Source of the DNA: Clostridia bacterium
Lineage (GTDB): Bacteria; Bacillota; Clostridia; Oscillospirales; Acutalibacteraceae
Reading direction: 5' to 3'
Assembly (NCBI GenBank): GCA_017624675.1
Contig: JAGAMO010000015.1
Span: 5,420-69,419, forward strand
DNA: 64,000 nt
In this document: piece after piece, positions 12,777 through 20,439 of the stretch
Layout: the number at the start of each line of letters is the position of its first letter
Numbering within the stretch: position 1 is the stretch's first letter
The notes under the pieces: generated by a model
Databases searched by the model: none
The model's input: the letters and a program-made list of their open reading frames with translations, nothing else
Told to the model about the DNA's origin: nothing
Translations under genes and position numbers: made by a program

Positions 12777-12787
12777 GGGGTGTGAAT

Positions 12788-13348
12788 ATGAGCTTAAGAG
12801 AAATCAGAGACTGCTTTGAAAGAAGTCCTGTTATTGCGGCTATTCCTAATACTGCTTTGCAAAATGCCTTGGATTCACAAGCGGAAATTTTGTTTATTCT
12901 TAAGATTTCGTTGCTTGAGGTTAAGGAAACTATTAAAAAAGCACACTTGTCAGGTAAGAAAATTTTTATTCATATTGACTTGGCAGATGGCATAGGTAAA
13001 GATAAGACAGGTGTTGAATATTTAGCCAGGCTCGGTGCGGACGGAATTATAAGCACAAGAGGTCAGCTTATTCGCTACGCTAACGATTTTGGGCTTATTA
13101 CTGTGCAACGCTTTTTTGCACTTGACAGCAAGGGTGTTGACAGTATTGAGGATATGCTTGAGTCTACGAAACCCGATTTAATCGAAATTATGCCGGGAAT
13201 TGCAAGTAAGGTTATTGAAAGATTTGTCTCTAAGGGTATTCCTGTTATAGCGGGTGGATTAATAGAGACCAAGCAAGAGGTTACAGAGGCTTTGAAAAAC
13301 GGTGCGGAAGCAATATCAACCGGAAAGGCAGAGCTTTGGTATATTTAA
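12788..13348 (+). CDS. glpP: Glycerol-3-phosphate-responsive antiterminator GlpP
   Basis: 186 aa with GlpP-family features (SPVIAAI near the N-terminus, IHIDLADGIGKD, IISTRG, PVIAGGLI). RBS GGGGTG sits before the ATG at 12788. The tracked start at 12707 lies inside the promoter and leader. Confidence 0.85.
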   Translation: MSLREIRDCFERSPVIAAIPNTALQNALDSQAEILFILKISLLEVKETIKKAHLSGKKIFIHIDLADGIGKDKTGVEYLARLGADGIISTRGQLIRYANDFGLITVQRFFALDSKGVDSIEDMLESTKPDLIEIMPGIASKVIERFVSKGIPVIAGGLIETKQEVTEALKNGAEAISTGKAELWYI

Positions 13349-13375
13349 ACTGAATATAGATTCCAGAGATTTAGA

Positions 13376-13430
13376 GAAACGGAAAGAAAGCGCGAGTGTA
13401 TTGCGTTCTTTTTCCGTTTCTTTGTTTTTT
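13376..13430 (+). promoter_or_regulatory. Intercistronic terminator between glpP and the glpA-like gene (candidate GlpP target)
   Basis: GAAACGGAAAGAA ... TTCTTTTTCCGTTTC hairpin followed by TTTGTTTTTT. Confidence 0.65.
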
Positions 13431-13448
13431 AAGAAAGGAAGAGAGAAA

Positions 13449-14882
13449 ATGATTTATGATGTGGTAATTGTAGGTGCCGGTGTTATAGGTGGCATGTTGG
13501 CCAGAGAACTTTCAAAATACAATCTTTCAATTTGTGTTTTGGAAAGGGACAATGATGTTGCTTGTGGTGCTTCGAAGGCAAACAGTGGTATCGTTCACGG
13601 CGGTTTTGACCCTGAGCCTGACACGCTTAAAGCAAAGCTTAACGTTGAGGGTGTTGAAAAGCTTTTTGAAACCGCAAAAATGCTTAATGTCCCCATTAAG
13701 AGAAACGGCTCTTTTGTTTGTGCGTTTGGTGAGGATGAAAATGAAGCCATAACCGAGCTTTATGAAAGAGGCATTAAAAACGGAGTAGAGGGACTTAAAA
13801 TATTATCCGGCGACGAAGCCAGAAAAGAAGAGCCTTTACTCTCAGATAAGATAACCAGCGTTCTTTCGGTAAGCAATGCGGGAATTGTTTGCCCTTACGA
13901 TTTAACAGTTGCCGCAATCGGCAACGCAATGGATAACGATGTCCAATTAAAGTGCAATTTTGAAGTCAGTGAAATTGCAAAGAATGATGGTATTTTTACT
14001 GTAACGGCTATATCAGGCGAAGAAGTAAAAGCTAAATATGTTGTAAACTGTGCCGGTGGAAATTCCGATAAAATTGCTAAAATGGTAGGGGACAACTCAT
14101 TTGATATTATACCCCGTGCCGGTGAATATTTATTGCTTGATAAAGCTGAGGGTACACGTGTTTCTCATACAATTTTCCAAGTACCTTCAAAAGAGGGAAA
14201 AGGAATACTGGTATCTCCCACAGTTGATGGTAACCTTTTGACAGGACCTACAGCTTGTGTGGTGGACTGTGCTGAAAATAAATGCACAACGATTGAAGGT
14301 ATGAATACAGTAATTAAACTTGCGGCTAAAAGTGTGCCTTCGGTTAATTTTCGCAATGTTATAACTTCTTTCTGCGGTGTTCGTTCATCAGAGAAAAACG
14401 GAGATTTTATAATTGAAGAAAGTAAGGCGCAAAAAGGCTTTGTCAATGTTGCGGCTATTGATTCTCCTGGTCTTTCTTCTTGTGTTGCTATTGCAGAATA
14501 TACTGTGGATATTTTGAAAAGTATAGGACTCTCACTTGTAGAAAACAAGAATTTTAACGGAAGCAGAGAAAACCCACATTTCTTCAGAGAAATGAGTTAT
14601 GAGCAAAAGAATGAATATATAAAAGAGCATCCCGCATTCGGCAAAATCATTTGCCGTTGCGAAACTGTTAGCGAGGGCGAGATTTTAGCAGCTATTAAGC
14701 GTAATCCTCCCGCAACAGATATTGACGGAGTTAAAAGAAGAACTCGCTCAGGAATGGGCAGATGTCAAGGAGGATTTTGCGGTCCTTATGTTATGAAACT
14801 TATTGCTGAGCAAAACAATATTCCTTTGACAAAGGTTACTAAAAACGGCAAAGGTTCCGAAATGGTTGCTGATAAAATATAA
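13449..14882 (+). CDS. FAD-dependent glycerol-3-phosphate dehydrogenase/oxidase-family protein (GlpA/GlpO-like) with a BFD-like [2Fe-2S] domain
   Basis: N-terminal YDVVIVGAGVIGG dinucleotide fold and a C-terminal CRCETVSEGEI...RCQGGFC Cys cluster. RBS GGAAGAGAG precedes the ATG at 13449. The tracked start at 13302 overlaps glpP and the terminator. Confidence 0.75.
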   Translation: MIYDVVIVGAGVIGGMLARELSKYNLSICVLERDNDVACGASKANSGIVHGGFDPEPDTLKAKLNVEGVEKLFETAKMLNVPIKRNGSFVCAFGEDENEAITELYERGIKNGVEGLKILSGDEARKEEPLLSDKITSVLSVSNAGIVCPYDLTVAAIGNAMDNDVQLKCNFEVSEIAKNDGIFTVTAISGEEVKAKYVVNCAGGNSDKIAKMVGDNSFDIIPRAGEYLLLDKAEGTRVSHTIFQVPSKEGKGILVSPTVDGNLLTGPTACVVDCAENKCTTIEGMNTVIKLAAKSVPSVNFRNVITSFCGVRSSEKNGDFIIEESKAQKGFVNVAAIDSPGLSSCVAIAEYTVDILKSIGLSLVENKNFNGSRENPHFFREMSYEQKNEYIKEHPAFGKIICRCETVSEGEILAAIKRNPPATDIDGVKRRTRSGMGRCQGGFCGPYVMKLIAEQNNIPLTKVTKNGKGSEMVADKI

Positions 14883-14895
14883 GAGGTGAGTAGTT

Positions 14896-16143
14896 GTGAT
14901 AGAGTGTGATATTTTAGTAGTCGGCGGCGGCCCCGCAGGTATGGCTGCTGCAGTGGCCGCTTATGATAGCGGAGTAAAGGATGTTATTATTTTAGACCGT
15001 GAACCGGAACTTGGTGGAATTTTACGCCAATGTATACACAACGGTTTCGGTTTGCATAAATTGGGTGCCGAGCTTACAGGTCCCGAATATGCGGCGGTTT
15101 ATAAGGATATGGTAACCGAGCGTGGCATTAAGGTTTACTATGAAACAATGGCTTTAGATGTTACAAATGATAAAATTGTTACAGCCACCAATAGAAATGG
15201 CATTTTAAACTTTAAAGCCAAGGCTGTAATTCTTGCTATGGGATGTCGTGAAAGAAGCCGAGGGGCGCTTAATATCAGTGGAAGCAGACCTGCAGGTATT
15301 TACAGTGCGGGAGCGGCACAAAAGCTTATGAACTGCGAAGGCTATTCGGTTGGCAAAAAGGTGGTTATTTTAGGCTCGGGCGATATAGGACTTATTATGG
15401 CAAGAAGAATGTCGCTTGAGGGCGCTAAGGTTGAAGCTGTTTGCGAACTTATGTCTTACTCGGGCGGTCTTACCCGTAATATCGTTCAGTGTTTAGAGGA
15501 TTTTGGTATTCCGCTTTATTTGAGTACTACCGTTGCCGAAATTCACGGTGACAAGCGTTTAGAAGGTGTTACTATCGCTCAGGTCGATGAGAACCGCCGA
15601 GTAATTGAGGAAACCAAGCGTTATATAGAATGTGATACGTTATTGTTATCGGTTGGTCTTATTCCTGAAAATGAGCTTACAAAGATGGCAGGTATTGAAA
15701 TGAGTGCAGTAACAAGCGGTGCATTGGTTGATGAAAACCGCCAAACCGAGGTTGATGGCATTTTTGCTTGCGGTAATGTTTTGCAGGTGCATGATTTGGT
15801 TGACTATGTTTCGGATGAAGCCGAAATTGCGGGTAATGCCGCTGCCAAATTTGTAAATGGTACTCTTGAAAAGGGCGAAACCGTGAATACAACTGCGGGT
15901 AACGGTGTAAGATATGTATTACCTCAAAGGGTACATAAAACATCAAAAGAGGATATTGCACTATTTATGCGTGTAACTGAGCCTTTCGGCAAAGTGAGAT
16001 TTACAGTAAAATCAGGCGAAGAAGTTTTAGCAACTGCTGTGAGACTTAAAGTGGCACCGGGGGAAATGGAAAAAATCCTTATCAAGAAAGAAAAATTCGA
16101 ATTAATAAATGGCGACATAATCGTTAGTTTGGAGGAAATATAA
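14896..16143 (+). CDS. NAD(P)/FAD-dependent pyridine-nucleotide-disulfide-type oxidoreductase (partner subunit of the GlpA-like enzyme)
   Basis: Two Rossmann motifs (VVGGGPAGMAAA and ILGSGDIGL). GTG start with RBS AGAGGTGAG. The gene order matches the clostridial glpA / oxidoreductase / DUF1667 trio as I recall it. Confidence 0.7.
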   Translation: MIECDILVVGGGPAGMAAAVAAYDSGVKDVIILDREPELGGILRQCIHNGFGLHKLGAELTGPEYAAVYKDMVTERGIKVYYETMALDVTNDKIVTATNRNGILNFKAKAVILAMGCRERSRGALNISGSRPAGIYSAGAAQKLMNCEGYSVGKKVVILGSGDIGLIMARRMSLEGAKVEAVCELMSYSGGLTRNIVQCLEDFGIPLYLSTTVAEIHGDKRLEGVTIAQVDENRRVIEETKRYIECDTLLLSVGLIPENELTKMAGIEMSAVTSGALVDENRQTEVDGIFACGNVLQVHDLVDYVSDEAEIAGNAAAKFVNGTLEKGETVNTTAGNGVRYVLPQRVHKTSKEDIALFMRVTEPFGKVRFTVKSGEEVLATAVRLKVAPGEMEKILIKKEKFELINGDIIVSLEEI

Positions 16144-16490
16144 TGAAAAGGAACTTAACCTGTATAGTTTGTCCGCGCGGTTGTGCACTTGAGGTTGAAA
16201 TATCAGAAGGTAAGTGTACTGTTAAAGGAAATGCTTGTCCAAAGGGCGAAACATATGGCATTGACGAGTGTACTTCTCCCACAAGAATGGTAACCTCAAT
16301 TGTGAGGGTTTCAAATAGAGAAGACACAATGGTAAGCGTTAAAACATCTTGCCCTATACCAAAGGACAATATCTTTGACATTATGAGTAAAATTCGCAAC
16401 ACCGAAATTGAAGCACCCGTTAAAATAGGCGATATAATCATAGAAGATTTATATGGTGCAGATATAATTGCAACAAAAGAAATAGTTTAA
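16143..16490 (+). CDS. DUF1667-family small Cys-rich protein
   Basis: 115 aa with CIVCPRGC...C...CPKG. Its start overlaps the upstream stop (ATAATG). Confidence 0.65.
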   Translation: MKRNLTCIVCPRGCALEVEISEGKCTVKGNACPKGETYGIDECTSPTRMVTSIVRVSNREDTMVSVKTSCPIPKDNIFDIMSKIRNTEIEAPVKIGDIIIEDLYGADIIATKEIV

Positions 16491-16763
16491 AAGAAAACTG
16501 TTGGCGAACACAAGTTAAAAATTGTTTCTACAAACGGTGCAGCTACTACTAACTTCACAGTTAAAGCTGCTCCTGTAGCAGATGATAATAACCAAGGTGG
16601 CACTACTACACCTGATGCAGGTACAACTACTCTCGTCGCAGGTTCTAACAATGTAGGCACATCTGATAAGAACGGTGACTTCACAAATATTATGATTATT
16701 CTTGCATTGTTTGTTATTAGTGCTCTTGGTATCACATCTGCTGTTATAAACGCTAAAAAGTGA
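16491..16763 (+). pseudogene. Orphan 3' fragment of a surface-protein gene (Ig-like strand, Thr/Gly linker, C-terminal TM anchor, KK tail); no start codon
   Basis: 90 open codons begin directly after the DUF1667 TAA, in the same frame: KKTVGEHKLKIVSTNGAATTNFTVKAAP...NVGTSDKNGDFTNIMIILALFVISALGITSAVINAKK*. There is no ATG/GTG/TTG with an RBS before the TM segment. The fragment has its own terminator downstream. Confidence 0.5.
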
Positions 16764-16792
16764 GTTAGATAATAATTCTTAAAACTAATTAA

Positions 16793-16823
16793 AGACTGTC
16801 TCCTAGGAGACAGTCTTTTTTGT
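16793..16823 (+). terminator. Intrinsic terminator (ends glp operon/fragment transcription)
   Basis: AGACTGTCTCC-TAG-GGAGACAGTCT followed by TTTTTT. Confidence 0.8.
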
Positions 16824-16993
16824 ATAACAAAAACTAAGAGTTTTGGTGTAGAGGATATTATAAATATACCGTAGGAAAGAATAAAAGGCAATAGCAGAAT
16901 ACATACGGAATCAATTACGGAAGATTTAGCGTACGAACAAATGAGTACAAAAGAATTGGTTGATCCGTTTACGAGTGAGCCAGTCAAGGCAAG

Positions 16994-17044
16994 CAAAAAA
17001 TAACCAACCGCTTTAGCGGTAGCTAAGAGTCCGCTTGCGGTTGG
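16994..17044 (-). terminator. Probable terminator of the minus-strand qor operon
   Basis: Read on the minus strand: CCAACCGC..AGCGG..CCGCT..GCGGTTGG compound hairpin followed by TTATTTTTT. Confidence 0.5.
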
Positions 17045-17104
17045 CAGATTATTCAGTGGACTTTCCGTCCAGCCAGTGACAGCGGCTTATAGCCGCAGAG
17101 CAAA

Positions 17105-17123
17105 CTACCGGCTTGGCCGGTAG
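17105..17123. repeat. GC-rich perfect hairpin H2 (8-bp stem, 3-nt loop)
   Basis: CTACCGGC-TTG-GCCGGTAG. It is the last member of a hairpin array spanning 17004-17123. Confidence 0.5.
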
Positions 17124-17152
17124 CCATGATTGCAAATGATTTTCGTTATTTT

Positions 17153-18133
17153 TTAAACCGTTAAAACAACCTTACCAACGTTTTGTCCTTTGTAAAGGAT
17201 ATCGTGGGCTTCCTCTGCTTGTTGAATAGGCAAAGCCTTATAAATAGTGGGTTTAACCTCTCCAGATTCAACCTTAGGCCATACGTTTTTAACGAGGTCC
17301 GCTAAAATTTGTGCCTTAACTTCGGGTGTTCTTGAACGAAGCGTTGAGCCAATAATTCGAACATTTCTGACATATATATTCTTAAGATCAATTTCAGTTT
17401 TATATCCTGCAAGCGCGGCTATCATAATCCAACGAGCACCATGTTTTAAATAGTGGATACATTTACCCATTATTTCACCGCCCAAGCAGTCAATAGCAAC
17501 ATCTACGGGATGTCCGTTTTCCAATTCTTCCTTCAAAACCTCAACTATATCTTCTTTTGTTGTAACTACTACTCTATCAGCGTTAAGATGCTTTATATTA
17601 TTAGCGATTTCTTCGGTTAAAACGGTTGTTATAACTCTTATACCAAATGCTTTTGCCATTGGGATTATGACAGAAGCCAAACCGCTTGCTCCTGCGTTCA
17701 TTAAAAGGGTGTCGCCTTCTTTAACATTGCCTTCAATGAATAAATTAAGGTAGGCTGTTGCAAATGCTTCGGGAATAGCTGCAGCTTCAACCATAGAGCA
17801 GTTTTTGGGAACTGGCATAAGCATATCGTACTTAATATTTGCGTATTCTGCGTAACCACCGCCGCCCAAAAGCGCGCAAACCTTATCGCCAATTTTCCAG
17901 TTGGATTTTTTCTTTGCACCGTCAGCTATTTCAACAATAGTTCCCGCAATTTCAAGTCCCATCCATTCTGGGCAACCTGCTGGGGGAGGATAATCTCCCT
18001 CGCGCTGCATTAGGTCGGCACGGTTAAGGGCAGCCGCTTCAATTTTCACAAGGCAGTCATCATCACCTAAAATTGGGTTGGGCACATTGTCCCATCTTAA
18101 ACTTTTGTCGTCATTTACAAGTATTGCTTTCAT
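17153..18133 (-). CDS. NAD(P)H:quinone oxidoreductase / zinc-independent MDR-family reductase (Qor/PIG3-like)
   Basis: 326 aa with AAALNRADLMQREGDYPPP and a GASGLAS nucleotide-binding motif. Confidence 0.8.
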   Translation of the reverse strand: MKAILVNDDKSLRWDNVPNPILGDDDCLVKIEAAALNRADLMQREGDYPPPAGCPEWMGLEIAGTIVEIADGAKKKSNWKIGDKVCALLGGGGYAEYANIKYDMLMPVPKNCSMVEAAAIPEAFATAYLNLFIEGNVKEGDTLLMNAGASGLASVIIPMAKAFGIRVITTVLTEEIANNIKHLNADRVVVTTKEDIVEVLKEELENGHPVDVAIDCLGGEIMGKCIHYLKHGARWIMIAALAGYKTEIDLKNIYVRNVRIIGSTLRSRTPEVKAQILADLVKNVWPKVESGEVKPTIYKALPIQQAEEAHDILYKGQNVGKVVLTV

Positions 18134-18134
18134 A

Positions 18135-18824
18135 TCAAATTATCCTTTCTGTTTTTAGTGAAATGTCGTGACATGTATACACACAGTATTTGTTGCTGCC
18201 GTATTTTTTTATGAATTCTTTGCTTTTTTCTAAATTATGGTAACAGCCTGTAGGTATCTTACGGGTGATGCAGTCATTAACATAAAATTCATCGCCTGCA
18301 AGTATATGTATTTTATCTTTATCGGTTATCTCTACTATTGCTGAACCAACCGAATGACCGCCCCACTTTATAACTTTGATTTGCTCATCAATAAGAAGTT
18401 TGTCTTTGAAAATGTTAACAGGCATATTTTTAGGAATATATTTTTTCCCGTTTGAATACTCTTCCTCGGTTATATGCACCACGGCATTTTTAAAATGAGG
18501 TAACGCTTCAATATGGTCATGATGAGCGTGAGTAATTATAACATCGGTTATCTTATTGGCGGATAAACCTAATTGTCGTAAAACAAATGCTGGCGAATAA
18601 AACCTTTTCATAACGAAACCGGGCATAGTATCACAGCCGGCATCCACTAAAATATTTTTGCAGTTTATTCTAATCAAATAAACTGCAAAAGAAATAGGTA
18701 TTACTTTTTCTTTTGAACCACCACAAAAAGCCATACTTTCAGGCAAGACCGATTCAGCATATTTTAAGCAGTATAAAGATAATGGTTGTGTTAGCATATC
18801 ACATTTTAGCATAAGACACGACAC
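18135..18824 (-). CDS. MBL-fold metallo-hydrolase (lactonase-like)
   Basis: THAHHDH (HxHxDH) plus downstream GGHSVGS, AGDEF and CHD ligand candidates. The exact start is uncertain. Confidence 0.7.
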   Translation of the reverse strand: MSCLMLKCDMLTQPLSLYCLKYAESVLPESMAFCGGSKEKVIPISFAVYLIRINCKNILVDAGCDTMPGFVMKRFYSPAFVLRQLGLSANKITDVIITHAHHDHIEALPHFKNAVVHITEEEYSNGKKYIPKNMPVNIFKDKLLIDEQIKVIKWGGHSVGSAIVEITDKDKIHILAGDEFYVNDCITRKIPTGCYHNLEKSKEFIKKYGSNKYCVYTCHDISLKTERII

Positions 18825-19583
18825 CTAAAAATCAATGTTATCTCTTATTGTTTTCATAATGCTTAAAAGCGGTTGAGAAGCTGTCGAGAGTTCATCATGC
18901 TCATAAACACAAAGAGCCATACAACAACCAAGCTTCATTCCAAGTCTTCTGTGTATTGTACTCACTCCGCCTGACAAAAACAAAAACGGTGCTCCGAGTT
19001 CTTGCTTTAAAAGGTTTGTAATACGCAGGTTTTCAATCTGCTGTTCCATAGTGTCTGCGGCGGTTACAATTTTAATAATATCCGCACCCCTACGCTTTTG
19101 CTCAAGGGCTATCTCAAGAACACGCTCCGCTGGAGCATATTTATAAAGATGCGAAGACATAAGTACCTCTGCACCCAAACTATGCAGCTTTTCAATAAGC
19201 TTCATTTGCTTTTGTATAGCTTCATCATTGTCGGTAAGTTCTTCAGGGTGTTTGCAGAAGATATCACCCATAACATCACAAAGAGTCGCTCCGCTTTCTG
19301 CGAGAGATACGATTCCGTCTGCTAACTCATCATCAGTAAAATTTTGATTAAAAGCATATCTGTAATTTGTTACATAGCAAGGCCTGCCTTGCATTTCTGC
19401 AAATAGTTTTTTATATGTATCTGGGTTTTGAAATTCAGGCTTTAAAGTTTCTACCTGTAAGCCGTAAGCATCTGCACCCATACAGTTTGCATTCCTTATT
19501 CGGCTAATCGCCACTTCCGGTGTTCTGCATTGAAGCATAACCGTAAGTAACGGATTACTATGATTTAAAAAAGATTTTTTCAT
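18825..19583 (-). CDS. Type I 3-dehydroquinate dehydratase (AroD)-like protein
   Basis: MSSHLYKYAP resembles the His-containing S-x-H-x-F..TP segment. GADIIKIV resembles the Schiff-base Lys motif ADIVKIA. The ATG overlaps the upstream stop (TAATG). Confidence 0.5.
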   Translation of the reverse strand: MKKSFLNHSNPLLTVMLQCRTPEVAISRIRNANCMGADAYGLQVETLKPEFQNPDTYKKLFAEMQGRPCYVTNYRYAFNQNFTDDELADGIVSLAESGATLCDVMGDIFCKHPEELTDNDEAIQKQMKLIEKLHSLGAEVLMSSHLYKYAPAERVLEIALEQKRRGADIIKIVTAADTMEQQIENLRITNLLKQELGAPFLFLSGGVSTIHRRLGMKLGCCMALCVYEHDELSTASQPLLSIMKTIRDNIDF

Positions 19584-20347
19584 TACCAGCACCTATTCAT
19601 AGCGTTTCTTCCGCCGTCTATCATAATGTTTTCTCCGTTAATAAACTGACCTTTGTCGGATGCTAAGAAAAGACATAAATCAATTATTTCCTGCGGTTCG
19701 GCAGCTCTGCCTAACAGTGTTTTCATATTTGCCATAGCAGCTCTTGTCAGCACAGGACCGGGAGACACACAAACACAGCGAATACCGTGCCTGGAACCGT
19801 ACTGAGCAATAGATTTTGTAAGCCCGTACATAAGACCTGCTTTTGAAGTGGGATAATCCATTCCATAACTGTCACCCTCTGCGCCTGTAATAGAGCCGAT
19901 ATTGATGATCAGTCCGCTTTTTTGCTCACGCATTTGTTTTAATACAGCATGGGCAAAATAGAATGGTCCTTTTAAGTTTACATCGATTCCCCAATCGTAA
20001 ACATCTATAGGTACGTCAGGAAATTCAGGATATTCCTCTCTGTTAACCTTGCGCATACGCGTAGCGGTTCCTCCTGCGAAGTTTGCCACAACATCAATAC
20101 GGCCGAATGTCTCAACGGCTTTATCTCTAGCATTGCAAATTTGGTTATAATTTCTTACATCGCAAACAGCGCCAATAGCCTTGCCTTTTCCTTTTGCGTT
20201 AATCTCTTCAACCTTTTCCTTTAAAACATTTTCATTAACATCGCACAATACAACATTACCACCAAGCTCTGCCCAAGTCTGTGCAAAAAGAAGCCCCATT
20301 CCGGATGCTGCACCTGTTGATATTGCTATTTTACCTTCAAAATTCAT
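19583..20347 (-). CDS. SDR-family oxidoreductase
   Basis: TGAASGMG cofactor motif and a Y-x3-K catalytic pair (YPTSK). 254 aa. Confidence 0.85.
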   Translation of the reverse strand: MNFEGKIAISTGAASGMGLLFAQTWAELGGNVVLCDVNENVLKEKVEEINAKGKGKAIGAVCDVRNYNQICNARDKAVETFGRIDVVANFAGGTATRMRKVNREEYPEFPDVPIDVYDWGIDVNLKGPFYFAHAVLKQMREQKSGLIINIGSITGAEGDSYGMDYPTSKAGLMYGLTKSIAQYGSRHGIRCVCVSPGPVLTRAAMANMKTLLGRAAEPQEIIDLCLFLASDKGQFINGENIMIDGGRNAMNRCW

Positions 20348-20439
20348 GTCACATACCTCCTTTGATTTTATTATACACCAGATGTAAATAGCAAAAACAA
20401 TATATGTTTAACATTTTTGATATTTTAACAGTATAAAAC

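Noticed and set aside
12707-12787. The longer N-terminal extensions in the ORF track for glpP (12707) and the glpA-like gene (13302), and similar long starts for srtB (44435), clpP (51649), the hemolysin-III-family gene (55875), murA (47121), the NUDIX gene (27680) and the 2-hydroxyacid dehydrogenase gene (24775).
   Set aside because: The extensions run through promoter -10 boxes, terminator hairpins or the upstream gene. In each case an internal start with a proper RBS gives the family-typical N-terminus.
16488-16490. Programmed stop-codon read-through fusing DUF1667 to the downstream 90 codons.
   Set aside because: The stop is a plain TAA with no known read-through context. Being in frame has a 1-in-3 chance. 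A cytoplasmic Cys-rich protein fused to an extracellular linker and TM anchor also makes no functional sense. A recombination scar is the simpler explanation.
16487-16996. 169-aa minus-strand ORF across the glp/qor intergenic region.
   Set aside because: It is antisense to the surface-protein fragment, runs through a strong plus-strand terminator and non-coding hairpins, is low in complexity, and has no RBS. It looks like an artefact of an open antisense frame.
16823-17003. A 38-codon open stretch ending ...LAYEQMSTKELVDPFTSEPVKASKK* (plus strand), considered as a second gene remnant.
   Set aside because: It is too short, has no start codon or RBS, and I recognise no family. It may be decayed coding sequence, but that cannot be supported from the sequence alone.
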